A stretch of 64,000 bases of DNA, from assembly GCA_036172245.1 (NCBI GenBank), contig JAYWIR010000087.1, positions 1 to 64,000 on the forward strand, read 5' to 3'. Below the pieces are notes generated by a model. That model had not been told where the DNA came from, did not search any database, and worked only from the letters and a program-made list of their open reading frames with translations. A program made the translations under genes and the position numbers. Shown piece after piece: positions 1 through 14,149 of this stretch (positions within the stretch are counted from its first letter, which is position 1; each line of letters starts with the position of its first letter). Origin of the DNA: Raillietiella orientalis (taxonomy: Eukaryota).

Positions 1-737
1 ACACGAGCACAATTAACTGATTACTTTGTCAAGCGCACAATACTTTGAGCCGCGGAGCAAGTTCACCGACTCGGCAGGAGAGGAGCAATCTCCCGACTCT
101 AAACAAGGCGACTCCATTGCCGTCTTTGAAAGGCGTAGCGAAAGCAACGCTCCCAGAGAACCCAGCAAAAATCCCGGAGGTTTCCGCAACTACTGTCGCG
201 GAAGTCTCATAAAATCGCGATGGCGAATGGAAGGTAGTGGAGAGGAGGAAAGAAAAATCTATAAAAAAAGCTCCGCAACATCCATCCCTGAGCTCTTCCA
301 AAGGAAAAAGCAGTCGCGGGAATACGAAAACACGCGCGACTTGTGCCTCTTGCAAGGAGAAAGCCAGCGCCCGCAGCCCGTGCAAGTCCGCTTCTGTGGC
401 CGCCGAGAAGACAGTTACGGTGCAATCGAACGGATGCAAGCGCACGTCGATCGTGCGAGCATCACACTCCGCAAAGGAGTCGAATAGCGCCGCTGAACGA
501 CGCGTTACTCGCGCGAAAGCGAGCGCTTGCAGGGCTGAATCCCTGAGGCGTGAAACACTCGTCGCGGAACGGCGAGTGCTCACCCCGGAACCCACAGGTT
601 CTGCTCTTGGGAAGGAGCACTCGATTACGTGCAGCACAGTTGAAGCCGGTCGCGACCACGCCCTCCAGCTCATAGAGCTGCTTAGTGCCTGCTCGCCGGG
701 TGAGGCGAGGACCACGGCCTCGCTTTTCCAGCCGTGA
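1..737 (+). pseudogene. A ORF1, C-terminal low-complexity part
   Basis: ORF 237..737 resembles the ORF1 tail of F1/F2 and ends in TGA overlapping the ORF2 ATG. Confidence 0.65.
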
Positions 738-3700
738 TGATGGCAATCGCGTCTTCTCGTCGTGTTGCCGTGACGTCTTGGAACGTCAACGGGCTCCAAC
801 ACGAGGAGAATACGCGACCAGTGCCTCCCGCTCTGCGCGCCTTGAACTTGACGCTCCCGCAGAAGAATTAACAGAATATCCGAAGAGCAGGCTGCCGAAA
901 TCGAACGGCGCGCGGGCGGAACGTTACTTTATAGGTGCGGCGCTGCACGTAGGTGCGGCTTCGCTTTCCTCGTGCGAGACACTTTGACGATAGCAGTGCG
1001 CAGCAATCGTTTCCACAGGGAAGGCCGAGGGGGACAGCTCGTACTCAAGTGATCCGACTCGATCGACCTTGTCGTAACCAACGTGTACGCACCGAGCGCT
1101 GCTGGACGATGGGCCGAAAGGATTGAGTTCTTTGGTACCTTTCAAAGTCAGTGGCTCACTCGATCTAACCCTACTGTGGCCCATCTCATTGCGGGAAATT
1201 TAAACGTTTACCTGCTTTCCGAGAATAGCTCCCACAAAAAGGAAAAGTTGCTAGCGGAAGGGATGTGCGCGTCCGTGCACGCGTGCAACTTGCTCGCTTG
1301 CGATTCTGTTATGGCAGCAACGCTGGTTTACTTATTCCTTGATCCACACTTCCTCTCTTGAGTGGGTCGGAGAGGTCCCGTGCCGTCCGTGCTTTCAGAC
1401 CACAACAGGCTCTAGTTCGAGTTGCTCCCGCCAGGCAAGGTGCCTCCAAACTGTTTTTGGAGGATGCCGGCTGACTAGCTAAGCCACCCGGAGGCGGCTC
1501 AGCAGCTTCGCCAGTACCTCCTCGGCTTTTCCATAAATGAGCTCGAGGACTGAGACGAACTGAAAAGATCGGTCCGCGAGTTCTGCTGCCGGTTTCCTAT
1601 GCACCAGCTTCCGCGCGGCTTCGGAGAGGGCATAGCCAACAGCAGAGATTTTCTGCAGACCCGCTGCTTTTCCAGGCACGCGGACGTTGGTCGATTATCC
1701 GGGTACAACGCCAAGGCCGAGCGCCAGGTCTGGCAGTCAGGTGCGACAGTTCTGCTCGACGACCAGGACCGGGAATGTTTGGCTCCAGCCGACGTGCGAC
1801 GGATTGTCAGGCGCTATTACTCTTCTCTGTATGCAGAGGCACCGACGGAACGCAGCCTCTCTCGGCATCTTCTGCCGATTAATGCACCTGTTGTAGACGA
1901 GGAGGAACGCGCGCCTCTTGATGAGCCCTTCACGGCAGAGGAAATTTCCTCGGCCATCTCGGAGCTCAAGAGACGAAAAGCGCCAGGCGAAGATGGGCTC
2001 CCCGCGGAATTCTTTCAGTGTTTTGCGGCGGAGCTCATATTCCTGGTGCTCCAACTCTCGTCGCTGATGGGAGACTCGGGCGATGTCCTTGCTTCGTTTC
2101 GCTCTGCGAAGGTGCGTCTACTGCCGAAAGGCGGAGATTTGCGCCAACTGAACAACTGGCGTCCGATCACATTAGTGAATTCGGACGTCAAGTTGTTCTC
2201 GAAACTTTGGGTGGCGCGGATGGGTAGGATCGCGGAATCATTGGTAAGTCCGGAGAAGACGTAAGCTGTTCCTGGGCGGTCCATGGACGCGAATCTCTTG
2301 TTCATACGCAAGGGGGAGCAATTGCAGCATCGTCTGGCGGTGCATCGTCGTGCTGAAACGACGCCTTCGATCTCTCACCGACGGAAGCGCGGGACGCAAA
2401 GAAAGACACCGGGAGCCTTGGCGGTTGCAGTCGAGCTGCACAAAGCTTTCGATTGCGTAAACCAAAAGCTTCTTCTTGAGCTTTTGGAACTTGTGGGTCT
2501 TCCGGCATCCCTGTTGGCGGTCTTGCGCTCCTGCTGGCGCCACGCGATCACATCCATTTTTTTCGGTGACTGTTGTGTGTATGTCGTGCTGGGACGACGA
2601 GGAATTAGGCAGGGTGATAGCTTAAGCCGGCTGCACTTCGGCATCTATTTTGAATTGGTGCTGGAGGCTTACAGGCTGACGCTAGCCAACCTGCCGAGCT
2701 CCTGTCCAGGTACGCCGGCCGTGGCAGCCTATGCCGACGACCTGCTTCTCCTTTTGCCCACGTCCACTTCGCTGACATCGCTTGAAGACTTCTTTGAGTT
2801 GATTCGTCGCGGTGCGGGCGTGAGCGTTAACACGAGTAAGTGTATGATTGTTCCGTTAAGTGAGACGTGGGGCGGCAGTACGACTGGATCGGCCTGGGGA
2901 TTCTGACGGGCAGGTACCTCAGGTACCTTGGCGTGCCGTTGGGCGACTTCTGCATCTCAGCAGCGTGGTCGGACTGCCTTCGGAAAACAGAGCGTGCACT
3001 TGGCCCGTTTTCAGGAGGCGAGTTCGTCTTGCCGAAACGGGCCTGCATCTGGAACACCTTCGTTGCCCTCCTCCTCCGCCCCCTGTTTTTTTGTTTGTCC
3101 ACAGCCCCAGTAAGTCAAAGTCTGGACGCAGCGCCTTCTACGCAAAGCGTTGCGGGGCGCTGCAAGATCCCGTGTCAGACTTAACGACTTAGTGGCGCCG
3201 CGTCAGGATGCAGGCTTGGGCATCCTCGACTTAAACAGCATCGAACTGCAGGTGCAGTTTCGCTTGCTGCGGCTTTGCGCCAAGCTGTGGTGTACGCCGT
3301 GGTGTTTGGCCGCACGCCTTATACTGAGGCGCTGCACGGTAAGCAAGGGACTGCTTTCGTTGCTACTCCACTTTCGGCACACCAGAATAGGGTTTGGTTT
3401 CCTGCCGAGGCAGCTTTCCTCAATGCCGGAAGCCCAAAGCTGGATCTGCAGCCCCCCATGAACATTAATGCATAGCGGCAGGAATCTTTTTCATCGTGGG
3501 CAGCTTCCGAAGGAACGCGCTTGGAAGATCTTCGACGCCTGCGACTTCTCCTCAGTCATCAAATGGACGAAGTTATGCAGGACAAGAAGATGTCGAATCG
3601 TCTGGCCGCCACACCACTCGCCGCAGCGCTGTCTGCATTCAGGGCGAGCAACGACGGTTGCCTACCGGCGAAATGGGAGTTCTCCTGCAAAATTGCGTAA

Positions 3701-4320
3701 GTCAGTAAGCTCCTCGGCAGCTGGACGACAAAGGAGCTGATGCAAGCCGCCACACCTCGGAATCAGGCGAAGAGCCTGCTTCGGTGGAGCGAACATTTAA
3801 GTGAGCCCCCCGGAGAGATAGTCGTTCCCCCCGTTTGCTTGGACAGCTCCGTGTTCCTTCGAATGTGGAAACAAGATGTGCTGCTCTTTTTACATTGTGC
3901 CTTACACTGTAATAGGCAGCAAAGCATCGTTTCCGGGGGAGCTGCTTTGCCAAACTGTTTAAGGTGCGGAGAGATCGAGTCCTTTTTGCACCTTTTGCTG
4001 GACTGCGGTGACCTCCGTGAACTGTTGCGAAGGCTTACTTCGGCCATCATGCCACAAGGAGGCACTGCCATTGATGTGCTGCAGCGCTTCTTCAGCAGAA
4101 TTGGACTTTCGGTTGGCGCGATTGTCGCAACCATGTGTTGTTTTCGCGCCATCGTGAAGGCCCGCTACGCCCTGGAGTTTTAGGCGCAGCGAAGGGAGGC
4201 TCACCTGCTTGCAGCTCAATTCATGGAGAAGGCTTCAAAATGGTCTCATCTTCGTGACAAGGTGAAAGAGGACATTACCGGGATATATCGCCGGTTTACA
4301 GACATTTGAGGACGGCGTAA
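737..4320 (+). pseudogene. A ORF2 (APE-RT-CCHC), disrupted
   Basis: SWNVNG, NVYAP, AGNLN, SDH, KAPGEDG, NWRPITLVN, KAFDCV, RQGD, YADD, CLRCGEIESFLHLLLDC spread over several frames. Confidence 0.9.
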
Positions 4321-4664
4321 TCCGGAGACCCCTGCGACCTCTCGCCCACCCATACCTTGTCCCCTTTCGCTCAGTGAAATTTCCGGTGCATATGCTTTCA
4401 TCTCCGTGTCTTCCAGAGCGATCCCAAGGACCCATATCGCGTCCTCCTTATTTATTGTTTTTATTTTATTTTGGTTTCTTTGTGTATCCCGCCCCCCCCA
4501 ACTCCGTTCTTAAAAGTGTTACTCTGTCCTGCGTGCCAGCAATATTCTTTTTATTCTTGTTCAGTCGTCGGCTGGGAGTTTGGTTCCCAACTAGTTTATT
4601 TTGTATAATTGTTTTTTTTGTTTATGTTATATGGAATAAACCCCCCGGCGTGACCGGGTGAGAA

Positions 4665-6583
4665 ATATCCAGCGCTTGTTCTGCAGAGATCACATAGATC
4701 TCCTGCAGCAGCACAAGGTCGAACGATCCTAGAATGGCGGCCATGTCTCGTCTCCTACCGGCGTCTGTCATGCCGTTTAGGTTCCATACGGCAATGTGCA
4801 GACGACGGAGGGAGGAGATTCGCGGCATTACTGCCGGGGAGATGACGGTGTGGGGGAACCCGCCTCTTCCGAGGCGGGTGAGATGACCATTAGGGTTTCA
4901 GCCTCCTCAGGCACCTTGAATACCTTTCCGGCTTCAACCCCCTCCATCTCCTCCGTGTCTGTGCGTGCTGATCTCTCGTGTGACGATTCCCGGGATTCTC
5001 CCTCGCTCATGGCACTCTCGCAGTCGGAAGTCATCTCCACGACTTCGACCTGGAGAGGGGCTAACCGGGGTTTGCTGGACTTCCTTCCAGCCTTCCGGCG
5101 GGGTGCCGCGGAGATGTAAACTTGGTTTCCGGTCTACGCTACGGGTTCAGTAGTTACCGACTCCTCGGTGAAGGCCGGACGTCTAACTGCCTTTTTGTTA
5201 GCCTTGGAGGGGTCTGGCTGCAATGATGCACCAAGCTTCTCCGCCGCACGCCCGAAGGCGGCGTCATCGATCACGGTCTCGATGACGGACGCTTCTCCCG
5301 GTTGGTTCCCCACGCTGTTGACATTTTCAACAGTGGGTTGTTCATCGGTAGCAGCGATTTCTACCTTGCGGCGTTCGGCGGGAACGCGTGCCACGACGAC
5401 GCTGCATTCTTTTAAATTCTCGCCAACCTGCTGTTTTTTATTTTGGTAGGCTAGCTTTTTTTCAGTTCGTCGTTCTTCCTTCGACTTTTCCTTTTTCGCT
5501 GTGGCTTCTTGCCATTGCGACACCTGACCGCTTTTGTCGATCTTTTCGGCATTCGTTGCCGGGGTATCAACTGCGGCCTGTACCACGGGTGTGGGTGGCA
5601 CAGCTTGAGCGGCAGCCATTTTGTGTAGCAGCCTTCCGCTTCTTTTTAGGTTCCTTGCGGAAACCACGCGCACAGCGAACTGTGGACACACTTTCTTTGT
5701 GTGGCCCATTGTCCCGCATACCTGGCACGGTACGTTGGGGCACCTCCTTTTGAGGTGTCCCGACGTGTTGCAGAAGCCACAGTATTTGGGCTTCCCCACG
5801 TACCAGAGGTCTACGCTTTCTCCGCCGACCACTAGTTTGTGAGGAAGGGTAGAGCCCTCCCGAACGGTTACATGGGCAGCCGTTAGGCCACACTGAACTC
5901 TGGTATAGTCCTCGAAAGGACTAGGCTTGGTCCAAACATCACGGACCGTGCCTTCTTTTCCCAACGCGGCCCATAACTGTTCTTTCCGCATCCGCGCGGT
6001 AACTCCTAAAAGGTGGACCACCATACTGTGGTCCGCCGTAATGGGAAGGCGCCTGCGTGTCCCCATCACCACGGGGGTTTTGAGCAGAGGTTAGTAAGAT
6101 CTGCATGTTAGCAGATCACCTCTACGTACTGCCCTTCGCTACGAATAGTCATAGCGCAGAGCTCATCCTCTTTAACATCGAGAGCGCGCATCCATTTCGA
6201 AAAGTCGCGCGCACTCTCAGAAGAATAGAAATTTTCTACTTGGTAGAATAGTGATGGCTTATACCCCTCTTCCACGTGGCAGATAATTCCGTCGCGGCTG
6301 TAGGCGATGGCGCCAACACGACGGCGTACACGCTCGCGCTGCAGTGGGGACCGGTTGAGTGGGGGCGGACGCCCCCACGTATTTCGCCACTGCTTGCGAC
6401 GATATGGATGCACGCTGGCAGTCCAACTTTTCTAGAAGCAACGTTGTAGCCACCACCTGGCACGAACTGGTGGTCGTGTCAGGCATTGCTGCCTGATCGA
6501 CCACCACCCCACACGAAGCCTACACCTAGGGACGGTTCCCGTCACGAGGAGCACCGAGGAAACACGTCCGCTCTACCCGACGT
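4665..6583 (-). mobile_element. Element B: 5' leader, ORF1 and start of ORF2; cut by A
   Basis: Leader gagcggacgtgttt (reverse complement, about 6560-6573); ORF1 with CGFCNTSGHLKRRC and CQVCGTMGHTKKVC; ORF2 start MPRISSLRRLHIAVWNLNG..LQEIYV at 4828. Confidence 0.9.
4828..6488 (-). pseudogene. B ORF1 (zinc-knuckle protein), disrupted
   Basis: ORFs 5134..6072, 6108..6413 and 4828..5040 together align with ORF1 of C/J. Confidence 0.85.
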
Positions 6584-6697
6584 AAAGCATTCGATTTTCA
6601 CCCGGATTTCGCCGGGGCGTTTATTATAAAACAAACATTTACAAAGACGTGCAGTGGCTGGACCATTGCTCCAGCCACGCACGAAGAAACACAGAGC

Positions 6698-6742
6698 CTG
6701 CCGGGTCACCGGTTGGCAGACCGGTACGGTCCACCGCGGCAG
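6698..6742 (-). other. Conserved 3' UTR nested stem-loop; representative copy
   Basis: Outer stem ctgccg..cggcag and inner accggt-ctgcca-accggt; covarying copies in E, J, L, M and K. Confidence 0.7.
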
Positions 6743-6811
6743 CAGGGGGAAGGGGAAAAACCAAAATACAAAACAAAAAAAAAAGAAAAGTTGGGAGGGT
6801 AAGGGAAGAGA

Positions 6812-9800
6812 TCACAGTTGATGGTGAGGCCGTTGCATCCTTTGCAGGATGCCGGCAAGCTCTTGCTGCATGCTTGGATCCAGGTGGGGCCATCGCGACG
6901 CCCTCCTCAGGAACTGGGAAGCTGGCTGGATGGCAACCTAGTCGCGTTGTCCTCCCGTAGCCTTGCTCCAGGCGACGACGATCCCGCGAATGCAGCACAG
7001 AGCTGCTAACGAGGCCGCTGGCCGAAGGGCGTCGGCAACAAAGAGGGCTTTCAGTGCGTTCCTGGGGTTGCCGCAGGGGATTCCGATGGCCGCGGCAAAG
7101 CGAAACCAAAGGGGCCGAAGGGCAACACAATCCACTAGCAGGTGGGGGAGGGATTCCCGTTACCCACACCTGACGCAATTGGGGTCCACCGCTCCCCAGG
7201 TCCAGTGGTATCGGAGGCCGTTGCAGGGGAGTCATCAGTGCTGCAACAGGAGAGCCGACTCCTGCCATTTTAAGGGGAGGGTGGAAGTGTTCATGAGATC
7301 CGGGGGCCACTTCAGATGTTCAATGGTAACATCGAGCAGCGCGCAAGAGCGCAGAAGTCCATTGGGAGGCGTACTCGGGGACGCAGCGTCTGTTAACTGG
7401 CCCGTCTTCCACTCTCCTATCTTCTTCTCCTTCCCGGAGATTGTAACTGAAACCTCCCACTTCGCTGTACGATCGCTGTCCAGATCTTCCATCAGGGAGG
7501 GCAGCGCAGCAGCGAGGGTGGTTCCTCCTGCCCACACTCTCTTCTTTGGATCCTCAAGGATCTTGCAGAGCATGCAACTTCTGTAACCCCCAAACAGGAA
7601 CCTTCGTTCCTGTTGGGAGCGTTGCATGCCTAAATGTCCCCACGTACGAACGGTTTCCTGCAACCACGAACTACCGTTCAAAGGACGACAGGTGAGCAAT
7701 CCTGGGTTTTTCCGGTACAACGCAGCCACCCTCCGTAGCTGGAGTCCGCATCGGTTGACGCGGCGACGGAGTGCAAGAAACGACGTCAGTCCCGTCTTGA
7801 TGGTGGCTTGCTAAAGAAGGAGACGTGCAGGGACGCACCAACAGGTGCACCACAACTCTGGAACGAGTGCCGACAATCGGAACTGCAGCTGAAGCTCCAG
7901 CCGCTCCAGCGTCAGGAGGCCCAGACCACCGTCCCGATGAGGAGCGCACAAGTCCTTTAAGCGGACTCGGGCCCTCCCGTTGCCCCAAACGGCGATACGG
8001 AGGAGGTCCTTGGTCCGCTTTTTAAGTCTCTCTGTGGGGGAGGCAAACAAAAAGCAGGGGGCGGAGGAGAGAAGCCGCGAACGTGTTCCAAACCGCGGCC
8101 CGTTGAGGCAGGAAAAACCTGCCGCCTCGGAACAAGCCGATCGCCGTCTCTGCTTTTTGGAGGCAGCCGGACCACGCTTCCGCAGGGGAGTAGTTCCCCG
8201 ACGGCACACCAAGGTACTTGAAGTACCTCACCGTGACGATCCATAAACGGACACAGTCCTGCTGCCCTGCCCACTCCGCACCAACTGGCATCACGGACGA
8301 CTTCGCCCTGTTCACCGTAAGTCCGGTTCCCCGATGCAGCAGGTCGAAAAACTTTTCGACCGCCGCAGCCGGGGTGGACATAGGGAGCAGCAGCAGAAGG
8401 TTGTTCGCGTACGCTGAAACCGCTGGCGTACCGGCGCAGTCGTGCGGCAGGTGCGCCAGAGTTCCCCTGTACGCGCTCAGTACCAACTCAAAGTACGTAC
8501 TAAAGAGCAAGGGGTTCAGGCTGTTTCCCTGCCGGATCCCACGCCGCACCGGCACGCCGTGCACGATCTGCCCGCTGAAAGTAACATTGATGAGCGCGTC
8601 GCGCCAGAAGGAGCGCAGATAGGCCACTAATGAGGCCGGGAAGCCCAAGCGTTCCAGAAGCTCTAGAAGGAGATTCTGGTCGACGCAATCGAATGCTTTC
8701 CTCAAATCGATTGCGACCGCAAAGGCTCCCTTCCCCACCCGACCATCCAACCCCTTGCCGGCGCAAGCACCGGAATTCCGGCTGCGCACCAAGCTCCTTT
8801 CATGTTGGAGCTCTAGCCAGGTAGAAGCGTGGAACAGTTTCGCCTCCATGCTTCGCCCGGGAACAGCACATGTCTGTTCCGGGCTGATGAAGGTGTTGGT
8901 AACCCGTCCCAACCTCTCTGCCCAAACCTTAGCCAGCAACTTGGCGTCCGCATTTACTATTGTGATGGGACGCCAGTTGTTCATGCTCCTCAGATCTCCT
9001 CCCTTTGAAAGGAGACGCACCTTTGCCGAACGAAACGAGGCGGGAACGTCACCTGTTTCGCGTATCAGAAAGGTAAGTTGCTGTACCAGGGGGGTAAGCT
9101 CAGCTGCGAAAGTTTAATAATACTCCGCGGGCAGGCCGACCTCCCCTGGAGCCTTGCGCCTCTTGAGCTTTCCGATGGCCGAGAGGATGTCGTCCATCGT
9201 GAAAGGGTCTTCGAGGGTCTTTCTCTGCTCCTCCCCGATCGCTGGAGCGCCTTCCGGAAGCAGAAGTCGTGAGACGTTCCTCTCCGGAGGTGCCCTGGCA
9301 TACAGGGAGGAGTAGTAACTCCGCAGCAGGCCGCGGATTTGGGCAGGTGCCCAGTGCTCCTGGCCCTGATCGCCCAGCAAGCTGGCCGATCCGGACTGCC
9401 AGGCTTGCCTCTCGGCTCCCGCTTTGTATTCCGCCAGCCTGCGGATGTCTGGGGTCCTGGCGTAACGGCGAGCCTGCAGATAGGCTCGTTTGTTACGTAC
9501 TTCGTCCCCAAATCTTGCAGGTAGGCGGTGCAGAGGGAACTGGTCGCAGAACTCCTGGACCGACCGCTTGAAGCGGTCCCAATCCTGAAGTGTCCGCAGC
9601 CTGAAGCTCCGTATGAACGTGCGGAGATGTTACGCCGCGTCCAAGAGCTTTAGCCAGTCCCCTGGGAGACGCCACGCTGACGAGGGGGGACCTCTGTCGC
9701 GCGGATGGATCTCGAGGACTAGCGGGCGATGGGCGGACAGCTCGCACGGTAACTTGCCGCGCCTTCCCACGCGAGGGCACTAGTGCTCGTCAAGGAACAC

Positions 9801-10394
9801 GTGGTCAATGCTGTCTTCCATCCTTGGTGCACTGGTTAACAAATTACGGGTGTGCACCGTCATGCACACCTCGTTCACCAAGTCACGCTCGGGATTCTGC
9901 CCATCTGGTTTCAGGCGAACGTTGAAATCGCCTGCAACCAGATGGGCATTCCGCACGCCTGCTTCGGTCAGCCAGTCTCGGCGGAGGGCAAGGAAAAACT
10001 CTTTCCTCGCCCTCCTGGTCATCAGGTCCGCGCCGCTCGGTGCGTACACGTTTGTGACGATCAGAGCGATCGAGTCGGACCACCTGAGATTCAGCTGGCT
10101 GACACGACCGTGATCGTCGAACCGCACTCCCCGAGCCGCAGCCTCGACGTCTGGCCGAAGCAGGTAAGCCACACGGCAACTTTTCGCTCTCTCACACCTG
10201 TACCATAGCCGCCCTCCGGAGATCCGTTCGATCTCTTGCGCTTGTTCTGCAGAGATCACGTGGATCTCCTGCAGCAGCGCAAGGTCGTAGGACTCCAGAA
10301 GGGCGGCCATGTCTCGTCTCCTGCCGGCGTCTGTCATGCCGTTCACGTTCCAAACGGCGATGCGCAGACGACGGCGGGAGGAGATTCCCGGCAT
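6812..10394 (-). pseudogene. C ORF2 (APE-RT-CCHC), disrupted; YADD changed to YANN
   Basis: ORFs 9780..10394 (APE), 8022..9020 (RT) and 7235..7729. Confidence 0.9.
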
Positions 10395-12070
10395 TACTGC
10401 TGGGAAGATTAAGGTGTGGGGGAGCCCGCCTCTTGCGAGGCGGACGGGATGTCCATGGGGGTTTCGGCCTTCTCAGGCACCTGAGGCACCTGTTCGGCCT
10501 CCACCCCCTACATCCCCTCCGTGTCCGTGCGAGGGAGTCTCTCGGGCGACGGGTCCCGAGAGTTTCCCACGCTCATGGCACCCTCGCTTGCGGAAGCAAT
10601 CTCTTCCCCTTCGACGGGGGAGACGAGCTTCCTTGGCTTTGTGGACTTACGTCCAACCTTCTTGCGCGGTGCCGTGGAAACGGAGGCTGCGTTTCCGGCC
10701 TCCACCTCGGGGTCGGAAGTGGGGGACTGCTGAGGGGAGGCCGGACGCCTTACGGCCTTCTTGCCAGCCTTGGAGGGTTCTGGCTGCAACGAAGCTGCCA
10801 GCTCCTCCGCGGCTCGCGCGAAGGCTACGTCATCGATGGTGGTGTCGATGACGGACGCTGCCGCCGGCTCCCTCCCCTCGCTGTTGATAGTGTCAACAGA
10901 GGGGAGGTCGTCGGTAGCGGCGAGTTCTTTCCGGCAGCGTTCGGCAACATCGAGAACGCGTTCGACAACGACGCTGCACTCTTTAATAATCGCGCTACCC
11001 TGCTCTTTCTTCTTCTGTAGGTAGGCGATTTTCTTTTCCATCCTCCTCTCCTTCTTTGATTTTTTGGCCGTTGCCACTTGCCACCTAGTCTCCTGGCCGG
11101 CTCCATCAACTTCTTCGGCGTTGGTCGCCGGAGTCTCGGGTGCGGCCTGGGTCTTGGGCGCGGGTGGCACAGCCTTCGCGGCAGCTTTCGCCGCAAGCCT
11201 TTTCTGCAGAAGCCGGGCGCGTTTTTAAAGGTTTCTCTTGGAAACCACCCGCACTGCTGCTTTTGGACACACCTCCCTCGTGTGGCCCATTGTGCCGCAT
11301 ACTTGGTACTGCACATTGGGACACCTCTTTTTGAGGTGGCCCGACGTATTGCAGAAGCCACAGTATTTCGGCTTCCCCACATACCAGAGGTCGACGGTTG
11401 CGCCTTCGACCACCAGTTTGTGGGGAAGAGTGCAGCCCTTTTGAACGCTCACGCGGGCAGCAGTGAGGCCGTGTAGCAGCCCCGCGTAGTCGTCGAAAGG
11501 ACTAACTTTCGTCCACTGCGCGTGGACCGTTCCGTATTTCTCCAACGCGGTGCGAACCTGCTCCTTGCGCATCCGCGCGGTACCACCTAACAGGTGGACC
11601 ACCATGCTGCGGTCCGCCTTAATAGGGAGGAGCCTGCGCGTCCTCATCACCACGGGGGTTTTAAGCAGTCGTTGGGCCAGCTCTGCTTGTTTGCAGATGA
11701 CCTCAACGTACTGACCCCCGCTGCGGATGGTCATAGCGCTGAGCTCCTCCTCTTTCACATCGAGAGCGCGCATGCCCTTCGAGAAGATGCGCGCGCTCTC
11801 TAAAGAATATAAATTGCCTACCTTGTAGAACAATGAGGGATTGTATCCCTCCTCTACATAGGCCGACAATTCCGCCGCGGCTGCAGGCGATGGCGCCGAC
11901 ACAACGGCTTTGCACGCCCGCGCTGCAGCGGGGACCGATTCTGTGGGGGCGGATGCCCCCACCTCCATCGCCTCCGGGAACGACGTTGTAGCCGCCCCCT
12001 GGGTCTCCATCGCCTCTGGTCGCGGCGTTGCCGCTGCCCCCTGGCCATTCCCGGTGGTCGCGTCAGGCAT
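10394..12070 (-). pseudogene. C ORF1, disrupted
   Basis: ORFs 11225..12220 and 10508..11170; zinc knuckles; TAATG overlap at 10392-10396. Confidence 0.88.
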
Positions 12071-12167
12071 CGCTGCCTGATCGACCACCGAACCACACGA
12101 CGCTTGTACTGGGGGAGACTTCCTGGCACGAGGAGCAGGGAGAAAACACGTCAACCCTGGAGCACGC

Positions 12168-14149
12168 ACGGCGTACAAATGCGTCGACCTGGATCTCCTT
12201 CTGGAGCTCGCAGAACGCATGGGTTTCCCGTCCGTGCTTTGAACTTACCTGCGCTCCTGCTGGCGCAACGCGTACATAAATATTGGTTTCATCAGTTGGC
12301 ACGTGTACGGCGTGCCAGTAGGCCGCAGCATCCGGCAGGGTGACAGCCTGAGCGCCTTGCTCTTCAGCATCTACTTCGAGTTGGTGCTGAGTGCATACAG
12401 GGTAACTCTGGCAGCTCTGCCGAGCTCGTGTGCTGGCACGCCTGCCGTGGCGGCCTATGCAGACGACCTTCTGCTGCTGCTTCCCGGGTCCACTCCGGCT
12501 AGTGCGCTCGAGGAATTATTCGAGTTGCTGCGCCGCGGGACGGGCCTGGAGGTGAACAGGGCGAAGTCGTCTATGGTCTTTGTGGGTTCGGCGTGGCCTA
12601 GACGGTCGGATTGGATCCTCTAGGAGATCGTCACACTGGCAACTGGCGTCCGATCAAACTTGTGAATGCGGACGCAAAGTTGCATGCCAAGTTGTGGGCT
12701 GAGCGCTTGGGGCGTGTGGCCGCTTCCGTGATCAGTCCGGGCAGACCTATGCTGTTCCCGGACGAAGCATGGAGTCATACCTGCTTCTCGCCAGCACATG
12801 GTGGCAGTTGGGACAACGCGTTGCCCAGGAAGGTCAAGGGAGTCTTGCGCTCCCCTCTGACCAGGAACATTGAAGAGAGGGTGGGAGGGACTCGGCGGGA
12901 GCCTTTTCAGTCGCGGTCGACTTGCACAAAGCATTCGACTGCGTCGACCAGGATCTCCTTCTAAAGCTACAGGAACGAATGGGTTTCCCGTACTTGCTCC
13001 GGTCTTTCCTGCGCTTCTGCTGGAGCAACGCGTATATAATTATTGGTTTCACTGGCCGGCACTTGTACGGAGAGCCGGTTCGTCGCGGCATCCGGCATGG
13101 TGACAGCCTGAGCCCCTTGCTCTACAGCATCTACTTCGAGTTGGTGCTAAAGGCATATAGGGTAACTCTGGCAACTCTGCTGAGCTCGTACGCCGGCACG
13201 CGTGCCGTGTCGGCCTATGCAGACGATCTTCTGCTGCTGCTTCCCGGGTCCACCCTGGCGAGTGTGCTCGAGGAATTCTTCGAGTTGCTGCGTCGCGGGA
13301 CGGTTATGGAGGTGAACAGGGCGAAGTCGTCGATGGCTTGTGTTGGCTCGGCGTGGGCTCGACGGTCGGACTGGATCCGCTTGTGGATCTCACGGGCAGG
13401 TGCTTCAAGTACCTTGGCGTTTTGTTAAGGGACTTCTGCATAGCAGAAGCTTGGTCCGACTGTGTTTAAAAGGCAGCGTTTGCGATCAGTCCGTTCCAAG
13501 AAAGCAAGTTACACTTGCAGCAACGGGCCGAGGTGTGAAACGCGTTTGCTGCTTCCCTCCTTCGCCTTCTTCTTTTTGTTTGCCCCGCCCCTCATTTTAT
13601 TCGCAAACGAGCAGCGTGCTTCCTGAGGACAGTCCTTTGGGGCAAAGGGAGGTCCCGTGTGTGGCTCAAAGTCTTGTGCGCTCTACGTAAGGACGGAGGA
13701 CTTGAAGTGCTTACGCTGGAGCCCATGAAACTGCAACTCCGATCCAGGACTCCCGCTTTCGCGGCTTAATTGTGGGACACGCCTTGTGCGTTCCAGCACG
13801 CCTGCTGGCCCAACGAGCCTGCGGATTCGGCGGACTTTTGTCGTTTCTGTCTGCGCGCGTCTGTAGAAGAGCATACTGTGGCGCTATGCTGCGACGCATC
13901 TTCGTTGCGGATCGGGAGAACGCCTGGATTTTCTGCCTTCCAGGGAACTACTCTGCCTGGTTGCACGGAGAAGTCTCCACCTGGTAAAAGGTCTACGTTC
14001 CGGCGGGCACAAGGAACATTTGCCTGAAAAGGCACTCCCGCTGGATGCTACAGGAGATCGTGCAGTATCACGACAAGCTTCTATGGGCCTTGATAACCCC
14101 CATCTTTCCAGTGCTGCCCTTCCTTGTGAATGCCAGGGACAGTAGCTAG
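12168..14149 (+). mobile_element. Family H ORF2 fragments: RT piece 12168-12634 joined to a second RT-to-C-terminal piece 12632-14149
   Basis: RQGD/RHGD and YADD each occur twice (ORFs 12303..12623 and 12922..13428); homologous to 21560-23556 on the minus strand. Confidence 0.85.

Larger units (their letters stand above)
1..4664 (+). mobile_element. Element A: L1/Tx1-like LINE, 5' part outside the window; 3' end inserted antisense into the APE of element B
   Basis: ORF1 tail to 737; TGATG overlap at 735-739; APE, RT and CCHC remnants; 3' end aataaaccccccggcgtgaccgggtgaga at 4635-4663. Confidence 0.9.
6597..12167 (-). mobile_element. Element C: full-length LINE at an RT KAFD target site
   Basis: Both termini present; 3' hairpin followed by aatcgaatgcttt (6584-6596, reverse complement); 5' flank is host RT resuming at CVD. 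Confidence 0.92.
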